IMG/VR virus record: IMGVR_UViG_3300028568_000037 | Length of the DNA: 29,599 nucleotides | Source of the DNA: a virus | Reading direction: 5' to 3' (one strand) | Shown: positions 1 through 8,326 of the stretch, in pieces | Layout: the number at the start of each line of letters is the position of its first letter | Position numbering within the stretch: position 1 is the first letter of the stretch | Notes under the pieces: model-generated | The model's input: the letters and a program-made list of their open reading frames with translations, nothing else | What the model was told of the DNA's origin: nothing | The model's database searches: none | Translations under genes and position numbers: made by a program

Positions 1-2
1 AT

Positions 3-437
3 AATGTTTCTATTGAAGCTGTTAAATATCCTACACCAATTCTTACAGCATATAAATACATTACAGATGAAGCTGAACCTGGAATATATGCATTGGCAGG
101 TTCTAAAAAAGGCGGAGATTATAAGAGAGTTACACAGTTTGCTGATGATTTTTCTCCTATGGGTAAGTATGCAAAATTATTGAGAAAAGGCGTTAAGGTA
201 ATAGAAATGCCCGTAGAAGTTAATCCAATTAACTATGAACGTAGGACAGATGAAAATAATAAAAAACCCATATCTGCTTCTATATTAAGAAGAGATATTT
301 TAAATAATGATTATAAAAATTTTAAGACAAATTATCCTGGATACGATGAACACACTATTCAAAAGATATGGGATATTTTAAAACCTGTCGTAGTTGAAGG
401 TTTAGAAGAAGAATATGATGAAATTATAAATGAATAA
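3..437 (+). CDS. C-terminal part of a HIGH-superfamily nucleotidyltransferase (phage cytidyltransferase-like), 5'-truncated by the window edge
   Basis: The frame is open from base 3, so the TTG at 93 is not the real start. ISASILRRDILNNDYKNFKTNYP resembles the C-terminal S(A/S)SxxR signature of phage cytidyltransferase-like proteins. Its stop overlaps the next start (TAATG, 435-439). Confidence 0.6.
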   Translation, partial: NVSIEAVKYPTPILTAYKYITDEAEPGIYALAGSKKGGDYKRVTQFADDFSPMGKYAKLLRKGVKVIEMPVEVNPINYERRTDENNKKPISASILRRDILNNDYKNFKTNYPGYDEHTIQKIWDILKPVVVEGLEEEYDEIINE

Positions 438-1690
438 TGAAAGCGAGTTTTATATCATATAACCAATGGGTTAACGAAGCAATAACGCCTACTGTTAACA
501 AACATATGACACATGCTGAAGATCTTGTTATTCTTAAGGGAGTTGAAGGGCTTAAGTGGGTTATTAATATGTTTACAGATTTATATGATATACTTCAAGG
601 CCATACAAAAAAAGAGAACGTTAAACTTTCTATAAAATTTGACGGGGCTCCTGCTGTATTTGTATGGTCTAATTTTCCTGGATTAAATAGATCCGGTGTT
701 GCTGTTAAAGGCTTATTCGCAAAAGATCGAAAAATTATGTTTACTAATGAGGATATAGACAAATTTTATGAAGATAAGCCTGAATTAGCCATTAAACTTA
801 AATATATGCTTAAATTTGTCCCAAAATTAAAAATTCCTAAAGGACAGATATGGCAAGGAGATTTTTTATTTGATGAAACTACACTTTTTGAAGATAAAGA
901 ATATTATTCGTTTCATCCTAATACAATAGTATATAAGATTAATAAAAACTCAGAAATGGGTAAAAAAATTGGAGATGCAAAAATTGGAGTTGTTTGGCAT
1001 ACAAGATATACAGGAGAATCCCTTGATAAAATTCAGGCTAATTATAATGTAAAAATAGCGGAGCTTAATCAAATTCCTCAAGTTTTTATGACAGATCCAT
1101 ATATTCCTTCTTTTGCGGGAATTGTTACATTTACTGAAGAAGAAAGCGAATATTTTAAACAATTTATAGAAAAAATTGATAAAACTTCTAAAACATTAAT
1201 CTTTAATCCCGAGTACCAAAAAATACTTGATAATAATGAATTTGTGTCTTTATTTACTATTTTTCAAAATTCACTTATAAAAAATAATATTAGAGTAGAT
1301 TCTCCAGCTGTATTTATAGATAAATTTAAAGAGTTCTTGATAAATAGATTTCAAAAAGAAATTAATGTTAAGAAATCTGAAAATTCTAAAGCTATTTTAG
1401 TAGAAAAATTAAGTAATTTTATAAATTTAATTGAGAATAATAAGGTGGTTTATAATATTACCAGCTTAATATTAGAGATAACGAAGGTTAAACATATGTT
1501 TATTGAAAAATTAAATAATATTGGAAAATTTGAAACTTTTTTACAAACTAGAAGTAAAAAATATATTACAACTGGAGATGAAGGTTTTGCGGTATCTGAT
1601 ATGCATGGAAATATTGTTAAACTTGTAGATAGATATGAATTTAGCTATGCAAACTTTTCACCAAATATACTTAAAGGTTGGACTAAATAA
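437..1690 (+). CDS. DUF6267-like protein with an ATP-dependent ligase (covalent nucleotidyltransferase) fold
   Basis: N-terminal KHMTHAEDL is typical of this T4-like phage family. Ligase-type motifs: I SIKFDGAP (KxDG), III WQGDFLF, IV DEGFAV, V VKLVDR. Confidence 0.7.
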   Translation: MKASFISYNQWVNEAITPTVNKHMTHAEDLVILKGVEGLKWVINMFTDLYDILQGHTKKENVKLSIKFDGAPAVFVWSNFPGLNRSGVAVKGLFAKDRKIMFTNEDIDKFYEDKPELAIKLKYMLKFVPKLKIPKGQIWQGDFLFDETTLFEDKEYYSFHPNTIVYKINKNSEMGKKIGDAKIGVVWHTRYTGESLDKIQANYNVKIAELNQIPQVFMTDPYIPSFAGIVTFTEEESEYFKQFIEKIDKTSKTLIFNPEYQKILDNNEFVSLFTIFQNSLIKNNIRVDSPAVFIDKFKEFLINRFQKEINVKKSENSKAILVEKLSNFINLIENNKVVYNITSLILEITKVKHMFIEKLNNIGKFETFLQTRSKKYITTGDEGFAVSDMHGNIVKLVDRYEFSYANFSPNILKGWTK

Positions 1691-1702
1691 AAAATTAAAA
1701 TT

Positions 1703-1945
1703 ATGAATATAGATGTTATTATTGCAATGGGATTAATGGCAATTTTTGCTATTGCGTTTATTTCGAATGTCGTAGATCTTCTTATTTATGCTATAGTAGT
1801 TTCACGTCAAGAAAGACGTTATAAAATTATGAGTGATCCTGATAGAAAAACTCGTAGAGAATTATATTATGTGAATATATCCGAAGAAGAAAAAGAGACA
1901 GTTAAAACAAACGTAAAAGATCATTCAAAAATACTGAATAAATAA
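1703..1945 (+). CDS. Small membrane protein (single N-terminal transmembrane helix)
   Basis: Hydrophobic run VIIAMGLMAIFAIAFISNVVDLLIYAIVV followed by a charged tail; co-oriented with neighbours. Confidence 0.6.
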   Translation: MNIDVIIAMGLMAIFAIAFISNVVDLLIYAIVVSRQERRYKIMSDPDRKTRRELYYVNISEEEKETVKTNVKDHSKILNK

Positions 1946-2090
1946 TTTAAAAAATTTAACAACATTTTAATTTTTGCATTAAAACTATGTGAACTTCTAT
2001 GAATATATATTTTATTTTATAGTAAATGACTAAAGCGCTTTAATCACTTAAATTATTTTTTAACTTATTAACTAAAATTACTAAATTACT

Positions 2091-3080
2091 ATGAGTTCTA
2101 ATTATGACTTGGATGCATTATTTCATCCTAACGTAAACATTGAAGCCGATAAAGGCTCAAAATCTTCTGGGGAATACTCTCCATCTGCCGATAAAGGACA
2201 AAACGGCGTTTACAAATCAATCATCAGATTCGTTACTTGGTGGCCAGATCCAAACAACTCAATATTTGATAAGTGGGTATGTTGGTTGGTTGATCCTGTT
2301 ACTAGTCGTGGACGAAGCATTGATTGTCCCTCTTCTGTAGGACAACCATCTCCTCTTCAGGATATGTATTGGAAATTTAAGAACAGTGAATCTGTTCAGG
2401 ACCAAAAGAAAGCAGAAATCTTTAGTAGAAGACACCAGTATGCTGCTATTATTCAGGTTATAAAAGATGATCAGAATAAAGAAGCAGAAGGAAAACTTCT
2501 TGTATGGAAATTTGGAAAAAAGATCCAAGAAAAGATTGAAGCAGAAAAGAAACCTGTGCTGGGTGATCCTCATGAGCCATTTGATCTTCTTGACGGAAAA
2601 GCATTTGCACTTATTATCAATAAGGTAGCGGGTTATAACAATTATGATCAATCTCGTTTCCTTGATAAGAAAATTCCTCTTTTAATTCCGAGAAAAGAAG
2701 ACGGACAACCTATTCCTATTAATAACAATACTCCAAGAGAAGAAGTGTTCAATTTTCTTAAGGAAAATTCTCCCGATCTTTCTCAGTATGCATTTAAAGA
2801 ATGGGATCAAGAAACTCATGATTACGTAAATGCTGTTATCTTAGGAGTATCAGGTGTTGTTCCATCTACAGGTTTTGCTAACGTGAGAGATAATGTCAAT
2901 AAACCTTCATCTCCCTCACAAAGTAGTTCAAATATCACTTCGCAAGACTTATCTCTTGATGATTTGAATCTTGACGTAGGTATGGGTGGATTATCAGATC
3001 TTAATCTTCCTGATATAGGATCTCCTGAAAATATTACAGGTTTATCTATTAATTTAGACGACGAACTTCTTAATCTGTAA
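2091..3080 (+). CDS. 32: Single-stranded DNA-binding protein, T4 gp32-like
   Basis: KFGKKIQEKI, PFDLLDGKAFALIINKVAGYNNYDQSRF and the acidic tail LDDELLNL parallel T4 gp32 (RFGKKIWDKI, KQVSGFSNYDESKF, acidic tail); lies next to the primase. Confidence 0.9.
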   Translation: MSSNYDLDALFHPNVNIEADKGSKSSGEYSPSADKGQNGVYKSIIRFVTWWPDPNNSIFDKWVCWLVDPVTSRGRSIDCPSSVGQPSPLQDMYWKFKNSESVQDQKKAEIFSRRHQYAAIIQVIKDDQNKEAEGKLLVWKFGKKIQEKIEAEKKPVLGDPHEPFDLLDGKAFALIINKVAGYNNYDQSRFLDKKIPLLIPRKEDGQPIPINNNTPREEVFNFLKENSPDLSQYAFKEWDQETHDYVNAVILGVSGVVPSTGFANVRDNVNKPSSPSQSSSNITSQDLSLDDLNLDVGMGGLSDLNLPDIGSPENITGLSINLDDELLNL

Positions 3081-3082
3081 TT

Positions 3083-4195
3083 ATGGTAGAAAATGTTGAT
3101 TTAAAGAAAGGGTTGAATTTCGATTCTTCCCTTTCTAATATTAACATTGACGCCACAGTATCTCCCGAAGAATATAAAGAGCGTCTTATAACCTTATTAC
3201 AAACTATTCTTGACAAAAGATTTCCGGGTAATTACGGAAAAACCAAGATACGTTCGTATAGGGGCCGTATTTCGTTTGCGTGTCCTTATTGTGGAGATAG
3301 CATGAAAAGTGATTATAAGAAAAGAGGCAATTTTATCTTATCGGGAAAACATGCTAATTTTTTTAAATGTCATAATTGTGGAGAATTTAAAAGAATTGAT
3401 AATTTTTTCAAAGATTATCAGATAAATCTTGACTTAAGTGTTATAAATTATATTATAAGTAATATACAAGATTTTTCATATTCATCAAACTTTAAATATG
3501 ACATGTCTGCGTTTTTAGACATGGGTGTTATTAATAAGTATGCTATTGATAGACAGGAATTTCTAAAATCATTTGGGCTTGTTGAAGTAAAAGGATCTTC
3601 TGTTTGGCCATGGTTAGTTAATAGACTTCAGTATGATGAAAAGAAATTCATGTATAATCCAAGAGAAAATTATTTAGTCATTTTAAATTTAACTCCAGAA
3701 GGAAAAATAATAGGTGTTCAAAAAAGAACATTTAACGGAAACAGCAGGTATTTTACTTATACATTAAGTAAACTATATGAATTGTTTAAAAAAGACACCA
3801 GAACACTTCCTGAACATCTAGATGCACTTTCTCAGATATTTAATATAACTCTATTAAATTATTCAAGACCTATCACGTTATTCGAGGGACCCTTAGATGC
3901 TTTCTTATTTAAGAACTCAATTGCTAGTACAGGTGTACATAAGCATTTTCCTATAGAAATTCCTATGAGATATTGGTTTGATGATGATCCTGATGGTAAA
4001 GAAGCAAGCATTGAAAAAATAAATGAAGGCGAAGAAGTGTTTCTTTGGACAAAGTTTAAACAAGAATATGGACTTCCTTATAGAAAAAAATGGGATTTGA
4101 ATGATGCGTTAATTTGGATGCGAGATAACAATATAATAATACCTAATTTTAATGAATATTTTTCAAATGATTCTTTTGACATTATCGATATATAA
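3083..4195 (+). CDS. 61: DNA primase, T4 gp61-like
   Basis: Zinc-binding CPYCGDS...FKCHNCG, TOPRIM motifs TLFEGPLD and FDDDPDG, and C-terminal KWDLND. Confidence 0.9.
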   Translation: MVENVDLKKGLNFDSSLSNINIDATVSPEEYKERLITLLQTILDKRFPGNYGKTKIRSYRGRISFACPYCGDSMKSDYKKRGNFILSGKHANFFKCHNCGEFKRIDNFFKDYQINLDLSVINYIISNIQDFSYSSNFKYDMSAFLDMGVINKYAIDRQEFLKSFGLVEVKGSSVWPWLVNRLQYDEKKFMYNPRENYLVILNLTPEGKIIGVQKRTFNGNSRYFTYTLSKLYELFKKDTRTLPEHLDALSQIFNITLLNYSRPITLFEGPLDAFLFKNSIASTGVHKHFPIEIPMRYWFDDDPDGKEASIEKINEGEEVFLWTKFKQEYGLPYRKKWDLNDALIWMRDNNIIIPNFNEYFSNDSFDIIDI

Positions 4196-4198
4196 ATA
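4191..4198 (+). promoter_or_regulatory. T4-type late promoter TATAAATA, overlapping the primase stop codon
   Basis: Exact TATAAATA ending 16 nt before the ATG at 4215; same context as the other copies (GATATATAAATAAA). Confidence 0.65.
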
Positions 4199-4214
4199 AA
4201 AAGAGAAAGTCAAA

Positions 4215-4589
4215 ATGGATACAAGAAAAATAGCTAAAGATTATGGTCTTAATGTTGTTCATGTAAATAAAAATAATATAGGCAGAGTTGCTGAAAAATA
4301 TGATATAGATAAGAAAAATTTAAAAAACAACGCATATGTTATTGATAATGAAGATATAATCTTGGGAATATTTGATGATAAAGATTTAAAGATTGCATCA
4401 TTTTTTCATGAAATAGGACATACGCTTATAAAAGAAAGTTTTGAAAAATTGGTTAATGAAAATAATATGCTAATTGAATCTCAGGCATGGATTGAAGGGC
4501 TACGAATAGCAAAAAAATATGGTGTTAAATTCTCAGATAAAATGTTCAATTATATCATGGACTCGATCAATACATATTATATACCCTAA
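4215..4589 (+). CDS. Small zincin-like metallopeptidase-domain protein (HExxH)
   Basis: SFFHEIGHTL motif with a downstream Glu (IESQAW), as in ImmA/IrrE-like zincins. Confidence 0.55.
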   Translation: MDTRKIAKDYGLNVVHVNKNNIGRVAEKYDIDKKNLKNNAYVIDNEDIILGIFDDKDLKIASFFHEIGHTLIKESFEKLVNENNMLIESQAWIEGLRIAKKYGVKFSDKMFNYIMDSINTYYIP

Positions 4590-4602
4590 AATATAAAAGA
4601 AA

Positions 4603-4773
4603 ATGAAAAAAGACCCTAGTATAAAACTTAATTTTATGTTCGATGAGCAAGAGGAAATTCCACTGCTTAATGTTAATATAAAATTAAAACCCGATAAACA
4701 GAAAAACAATATAAAAATAATAAAACCTAAAAATAGAAGAAAAGTTACCGATATGTCTACACGGTTGTTTTAA
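4603..4773 (+). CDS. Hypothetical 56-aa basic protein (not in the ORF track)
   Basis: ATG 4603 to TAA 4773, MKKDPSIKLNFMFDEQEEIPLL...MSTRLF; fills the gap and stops 3 nt before the uvsY-like start. Confidence 0.6.
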   Translation: MKKDPSIKLNFMFDEQEEIPLLNVNIKLKPDKQKNNIKIIKPKNRRKVTDMSTRLF

Positions 4774-4776
4774 AAA

Positions 4777-5238
4777 ATGGAAAATGATATATTACACCCA
4801 AATTTAAAAAATGAAGAAACTCTTGAGGAAAGATTTGCTAGAGAGCGTAAGGAATGGGACGCTAAGGTTGCAGAATTGTCTTCAAAGATGAATAAGCTTG
4901 TTGAACTTCCGAGTTTAATGACAACTTTGTACACTGAAAGACAACGTGCAGTCGAGTACTATCATTATCTTATGTCATTGCTTATTGGAATGAATAAAAG
5001 ATATAATGCTGCATATGCTGAACGAAATGATTTCTATATGTTTAAATCTCAGGTTCGTTATTCCAGTGAAGGCGCAAAACACAATAGAATTCTTGTAGAT
5101 TTAGCAGATATGGTCGAAAAACGTGAAATAATGCAGAACCATGCCCGTTTTATCGAAAAAACAATTGGAACGTTAGATAACATAGTATATGCTGTTCCAA
5201 GACGTGTTGAAATTGAACAAATAATGAGAGGAAAATAA
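4777..5238 (+). CDS. uvsY: Recombination mediator, UvsY-like
   Basis: Helical protein; RNDFY...RYSS...LVDLADM and FIEKTIGTLDNIVYAVPRRVEIEQIMRGK parallel T4 UvsY (RLDYY...RYEK; ...AIKHIQDMRAFEAGK); lies near uvsW. Confidence 0.7.
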   Translation: MENDILHPNLKNEETLEERFARERKEWDAKVAELSSKMNKLVELPSLMTTLYTERQRAVEYYHYLMSLLIGMNKRYNAAYAERNDFYMFKSQVRYSSEGAKHNRILVDLADMVEKREIMQNHARFIEKTIGTLDNIVYAVPRRVEIEQIMRGK

Positions 5239-5239
5239 G

Positions 5240-5644
5240 ATGATAAAAATAGGAATAGTAGGTTCAAGAAAATATCACAATTATTCAAAGGTTGAAGAGG
5301 TTGTTAATAAGTGTATTAAAAAATACGGGGCAGAAAACTTATGCGTTATAAGTGGTGGAGCAATTGGGGCTGATACACTTGGAAAACTTGTTGCATTAAA
5401 CAAAGGACTAAAGTATATCGAATATAATCCTGCGCATGAACAAATGAACGAATATTCAGGAAAGCCTAAAGAGTTTTACGGAAAGCCTTATAACGTTAAA
5501 AATTATTTTGAAAGAAACAGTTTTATTGCCGAGGAATGCACTATATTATTTGCTTTTATTCCTGAGGGGCATCAGTCTAATGGGACAATGGATACTGTGA
5601 ACAAAACTAAAAAATTAGATAAACCATACTTTATAATTAATTAA
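5240..5644 (+). CDS. SLOG-superfamily protein (DprA/YspA/DUF2493-like nucleotide-binding fold)
   Basis: KIGIVGSRKY, VISGGAIGADTLG and SNGTMDTV...KPYFII motifs. Confidence 0.75.
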   Translation: MIKIGIVGSRKYHNYSKVEEVVNKCIKKYGAENLCVISGGAIGADTLGKLVALNKGLKYIEYNPAHEQMNEYSGKPKEFYGKPYNVKNYFERNSFIAEECTILFAFIPEGHQSNGTMDTVNKTKKLDKPYFIIN

Positions 5645-5700
5645 TTATAAAAACGTTAAAATTAAAAATAAAAGAAATTTATATTTAAAATTTAAAAATT

Positions 5701-5970
5701 ATGGCAAAATTTAGAAAGAAACCTATAGCGATTGAAGCAGTATTGGCTTCTATTGTATTAGAAACAGATGACTCTAAAAAACCTGAGTGGATACTTGAAT
5801 TAACGAATGATAAAATTATCATTGCTGAAGATGCCCTGTTCATTAAAACACTTGAAGGCGTAATGAGAGCAGAACTTACAGATTACATAATTCGAGGAAT
5901 TAACGGAGAAATATATCCCTGTAAGCCTGACATATTTGAAAAAACATATGAGCCGGTTTATAATGAATAA
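5701..5970 (+). CDS. Conserved small phage protein (PGDYG-like family)
   Basis: MAKFRKKPIAIEA...IKTLEG...DYIIRGINGEIYPCKPDIFEKTYE is the typical pattern of this widespread phage family. Confidence 0.75.
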   Translation: MAKFRKKPIAIEAVLASIVLETDDSKKPEWILELTNDKIIIAEDALFIKTLEGVMRAELTDYIIRGINGEIYPCKPDIFEKTYEPVYNE

Positions 5971-5986
5971 AATGATTTAAACATTA

Positions 5987-7525
5987 ATGAAATTAAAAAT
6001 TGATGATTCACGTAAATTTTTAGTTGTAGTTGAGTCTACACAAACTGAATATGAACAGCTTGAGCATTCTTTTACAAAAAAGGTAGTTAATTGGGCTGCA
6101 ATACGTGATAGGTCAAGCACACGTCCAAAGTCATTTGACACGAAATTTATAGATCGTTATGGTCGTATTCCAATTGGACTTTGGAGTGAAGTTCAAAAAT
6201 TAGCTAAACATTTTTTCTTTCAACTTGAGATTGATGGTGTAGAACACCTATTTGATAAAGATTATGATGAATCTGAATTTATAGAATGGGTAAATACGTA
6301 TTTTGAAGAATCAGAAAAACAGCCAAGAGATTATCAAATTGAAGGAGTCTCAAGAATTCTAAAATATCGTTTTTGTACTGAAGAAATTTCGACATCGGGT
6401 GGTAAAACACTTATGGCATTTTTGTTATTTCGTTATCTTTTAGACAAGGGATTAATAAAAAGAATGCTTTATGTTGTCCCTAATATTTCTCTTGTAACTC
6501 AAACAGAAGAAGAGTTTTATGAATATGAGGAAGATTGTGGCAAAAAACCAATTTGGAAATCACAATGTGTATTTGGCGGAAAAGGGAAAAATGAAGATTT
6601 AGAAGCTAATATAGTCTTTGGTACATTTCAGTCTTTATCTAAAAAAGATATTGATTATTTTGCAAAATTTGATGCAGTATTTATAGATGAAACGCATCAT
6701 GCAAGATGCAGCTCCATTAAAAATGTTATTGTTAAATCTTATAACTCGAAATATAATGTAGGAATGACAGGAACGCTTCCCCCTGAAGGTTCTCTTGATT
6801 CCTTTACTGTTCAATCGTATTTAGGCCCATGTGTTTATGTTGTTAAATCTGCAGACTTGATAGCATCAAATTTTGCAACACCTGTTAAAGTAGTCGGTAT
6901 TGAATTAGATTATTTAAATGAAGATGTTAAAAAGAAACTTTATGATTTACGTAATGTAAGTGCAACTGAAAAAGACGGTGTTAAATTACTAAACCTTGAA
7001 AAAGATATAGTTAGAGAAAATCGAAAAAGATTATTATATGTTTGTGATACAATAGCAAAATCGACAAAAAACTCATTGGTATTGTTTTCAGATATAAAGA
7101 ATGATTACGGAAGAAATATTTTTAACTATTTAAAAGAAAATACAGATAAGACGGTTTATTATATCGATGGGGGAACTAAAGCTGAAAATAGAGATTACTT
7201 TAAAAAACAAATGGAAGAAAATGAAGGAGTAATAATTGTTGCAAGTATCGGAGTTTTTAGCGAGGGGATAAATGTTTTAAATCTCCATAATATATTTATA
7301 GTTGAAAGTTCAAAAAGTGAATATCAAGTTCGACAAATGCTTGGTAGAGGAATGAGACTCATGGAAGGGAAAGAAGTTATAACTGTTATTGATTTTTCAG
7401 ATAATTTTGAATATGGGTCTCACAAGTACCAAAAGGTTAACTATTTAATGAGACATGCGAAAGAAAGAGAACGAATATACAAAGACAAGGGATTTCCATA
7501 TAAACGTTATAAAGTAAAGCTATAA
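5987..7525 (+). CDS. uvsW: SF2 DNA helicase, UvsW-like
   Basis: PRDYQ, Walker A STSGGKT, DETHH (DExH), GMTGT, FSEGINV and QMLGRGMR helicase motifs. Confidence 0.9.
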   Translation: MKLKIDDSRKFLVVVESTQTEYEQLEHSFTKKVVNWAAIRDRSSTRPKSFDTKFIDRYGRIPIGLWSEVQKLAKHFFFQLEIDGVEHLFDKDYDESEFIEWVNTYFEESEKQPRDYQIEGVSRILKYRFCTEEISTSGGKTLMAFLLFRYLLDKGLIKRMLYVVPNISLVTQTEEEFYEYEEDCGKKPIWKSQCVFGGKGKNEDLEANIVFGTFQSLSKKDIDYFAKFDAVFIDETHHARCSSIKNVIVKSYNSKYNVGMTGTLPPEGSLDSFTVQSYLGPCVYVVKSADLIASNFATPVKVVGIELDYLNEDVKKKLYDLRNVSATEKDGVKLLNLEKDIVRENRKRLLYVCDTIAKSTKNSLVLFSDIKNDYGRNIFNYLKENTDKTVYYIDGGTKAENRDYFKKQMEENEGVIIVASIGVFSEGINVLNLHNIFIVESSKSEYQVRQMLGRGMRLMEGKEVITVIDFSDNFEYGSHKYQKVNYLMRHAKERERIYKDKGFPYKRYKVKL

Positions 7526-7543
7526 AGCTTTATCTTTGTAATA

Positions 7544-7551
7544 TATAAATA
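7544..7551 (+). promoter_or_regulatory. T4-type late promoter TATAAATA
   Basis: Exact octamer in the short gap upstream of the ATG at 7569. Confidence 0.7.
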
Positions 7552-7568
7552 AAATAAATTTACTTTTT

Positions 7569-7880
7569 ATGGGGGCAATTAAAGAAAAAATGTTTGAAAT
7601 AGCTGAACTTATTCAGCAAATGATGGACGAAGGTGTCAAAGATCATGAAATAGATGAATATCTTGAAGTTCAATTGACGCCTGAGGATTATGAACTTTAT
7701 CATAAAAACAAAGACATTATCTTTAATCATTTTTTAGGATACATGAATGAATCATTAATAATGCCAAGTTTATTCGAAGGTTGCGGTTGTGGAAAAAGAC
7801 GCCCGAGTGGAATTCCAATTCGTAGACCTGCGCCACGTGTTAAAACTCCGGTACCACCAAAATCCCCAAATAAACGATAA
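7569..7880 (+). CDS. Hypothetical late protein with an acidic N-terminal half and a basic Pro-rich tail
   Basis: Late promoter upstream, terminator downstream; MNES and LFEG sites precede GCGCGKRRPS...PNKR. Confidence 0.7.
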   Translation: MGAIKEKMFEIAELIQQMMDEGVKDHEIDEYLEVQLTPEDYELYHKNKDIIFNHFLGYMNESLIMPSLFEGCGCGKRRPSGIPIRRPAPRVKTPVPPKSPNKR

Positions 7881-7885
7881 ATTAA

Positions 7886-7910
7886 AAAGGGAAGTTTAAA
7901 ACTTCCCTTT
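7886..7910. terminator. Bidirectional intrinsic terminator
   Basis: Perfect 11-bp inverted repeat AAAGGGAAGTT-TAA-AACTTCCCTTT between convergent genes. Confidence 0.8.
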
Positions 7911-7936
7911 CGTTGTCATAATGTGTAGTTGTGTAA

Positions 7937-8263
7937 TTATTTTCTACCGCCTCTTTGAATTTTATTCATTCTTTGAGGTGTAGTTCCTTGACGCATTTGA
8001 GGTCTTGCACCAGTTCTATTCATAGTAGTTCTTGCATCTTTATGAATTTGTTTTCGGTCTCTTTGCATGACATTATCACAGGTACCATCTCTTTTTCGAT
8101 CTCTTTGTTGAATCATGACAGGATCTACCGATTGTTCTTGCACATTAGCTTGAACTTGTTCTTTTGTTTGTTGTTTTGTTTGTGTTTGAGTTTGTACAGG
8201 CTCTTGCGCCATAACTGCTGCACTAATTAAAAGCGCTCCAATTAAAATCATTGTCTTTTTCAT
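7937..8263 (-). CDS. Secreted/periplasmic low-complexity protein (Sec signal peptide), Bacteroidota-like
   Basis: MKKTMILIGALLISAAVMA|Q signal peptide, Q/T-rich segment, QRDRKRDGTC motif, ends RGGRK. Confidence 0.7.
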   Translation of the reverse strand: MKKTMILIGALLISAAVMAQEPVQTQTQTKQQTKEQVQANVQEQSVDPVMIQQRDRKRDGTCDNVMQRDRKQIHKDARTTMNRTGARPQMRQGTTPQRMNKIQRGGRK

Positions 8264-8306
8264 AATTGTTTTTGTTTTTTTAGTTTATGTTTATTTTTGT
8301 TTGTAT

Positions 8307-8325
8307 ATAACAGATTTTCTGTTAT
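8307..8325. other. Short hairpin between the two minus-strand secreted-protein genes
   Basis: ATAACAGA-TTT-TCTGTTAT inverted repeat directly after the stop of the upstream gene; no clear U-tract on the minus strand. Confidence 0.4.
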
Positions 8326-8326
8326 T

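Noticed and set aside
48-59. TATAAATA inside the first ORF
   Set aside because: It lies in coding sequence far from any start codon and lacks the extended GA(A)TA context; probably chance.
7531-7538. Bacteroidota sigma70 -7 element TAnnTTTG (also 28053-28060)
   Set aside because: Only two exact matches noticed, neither with a convincing -33 TTTG, and such matches are expected by chance in AT-rich DNA.
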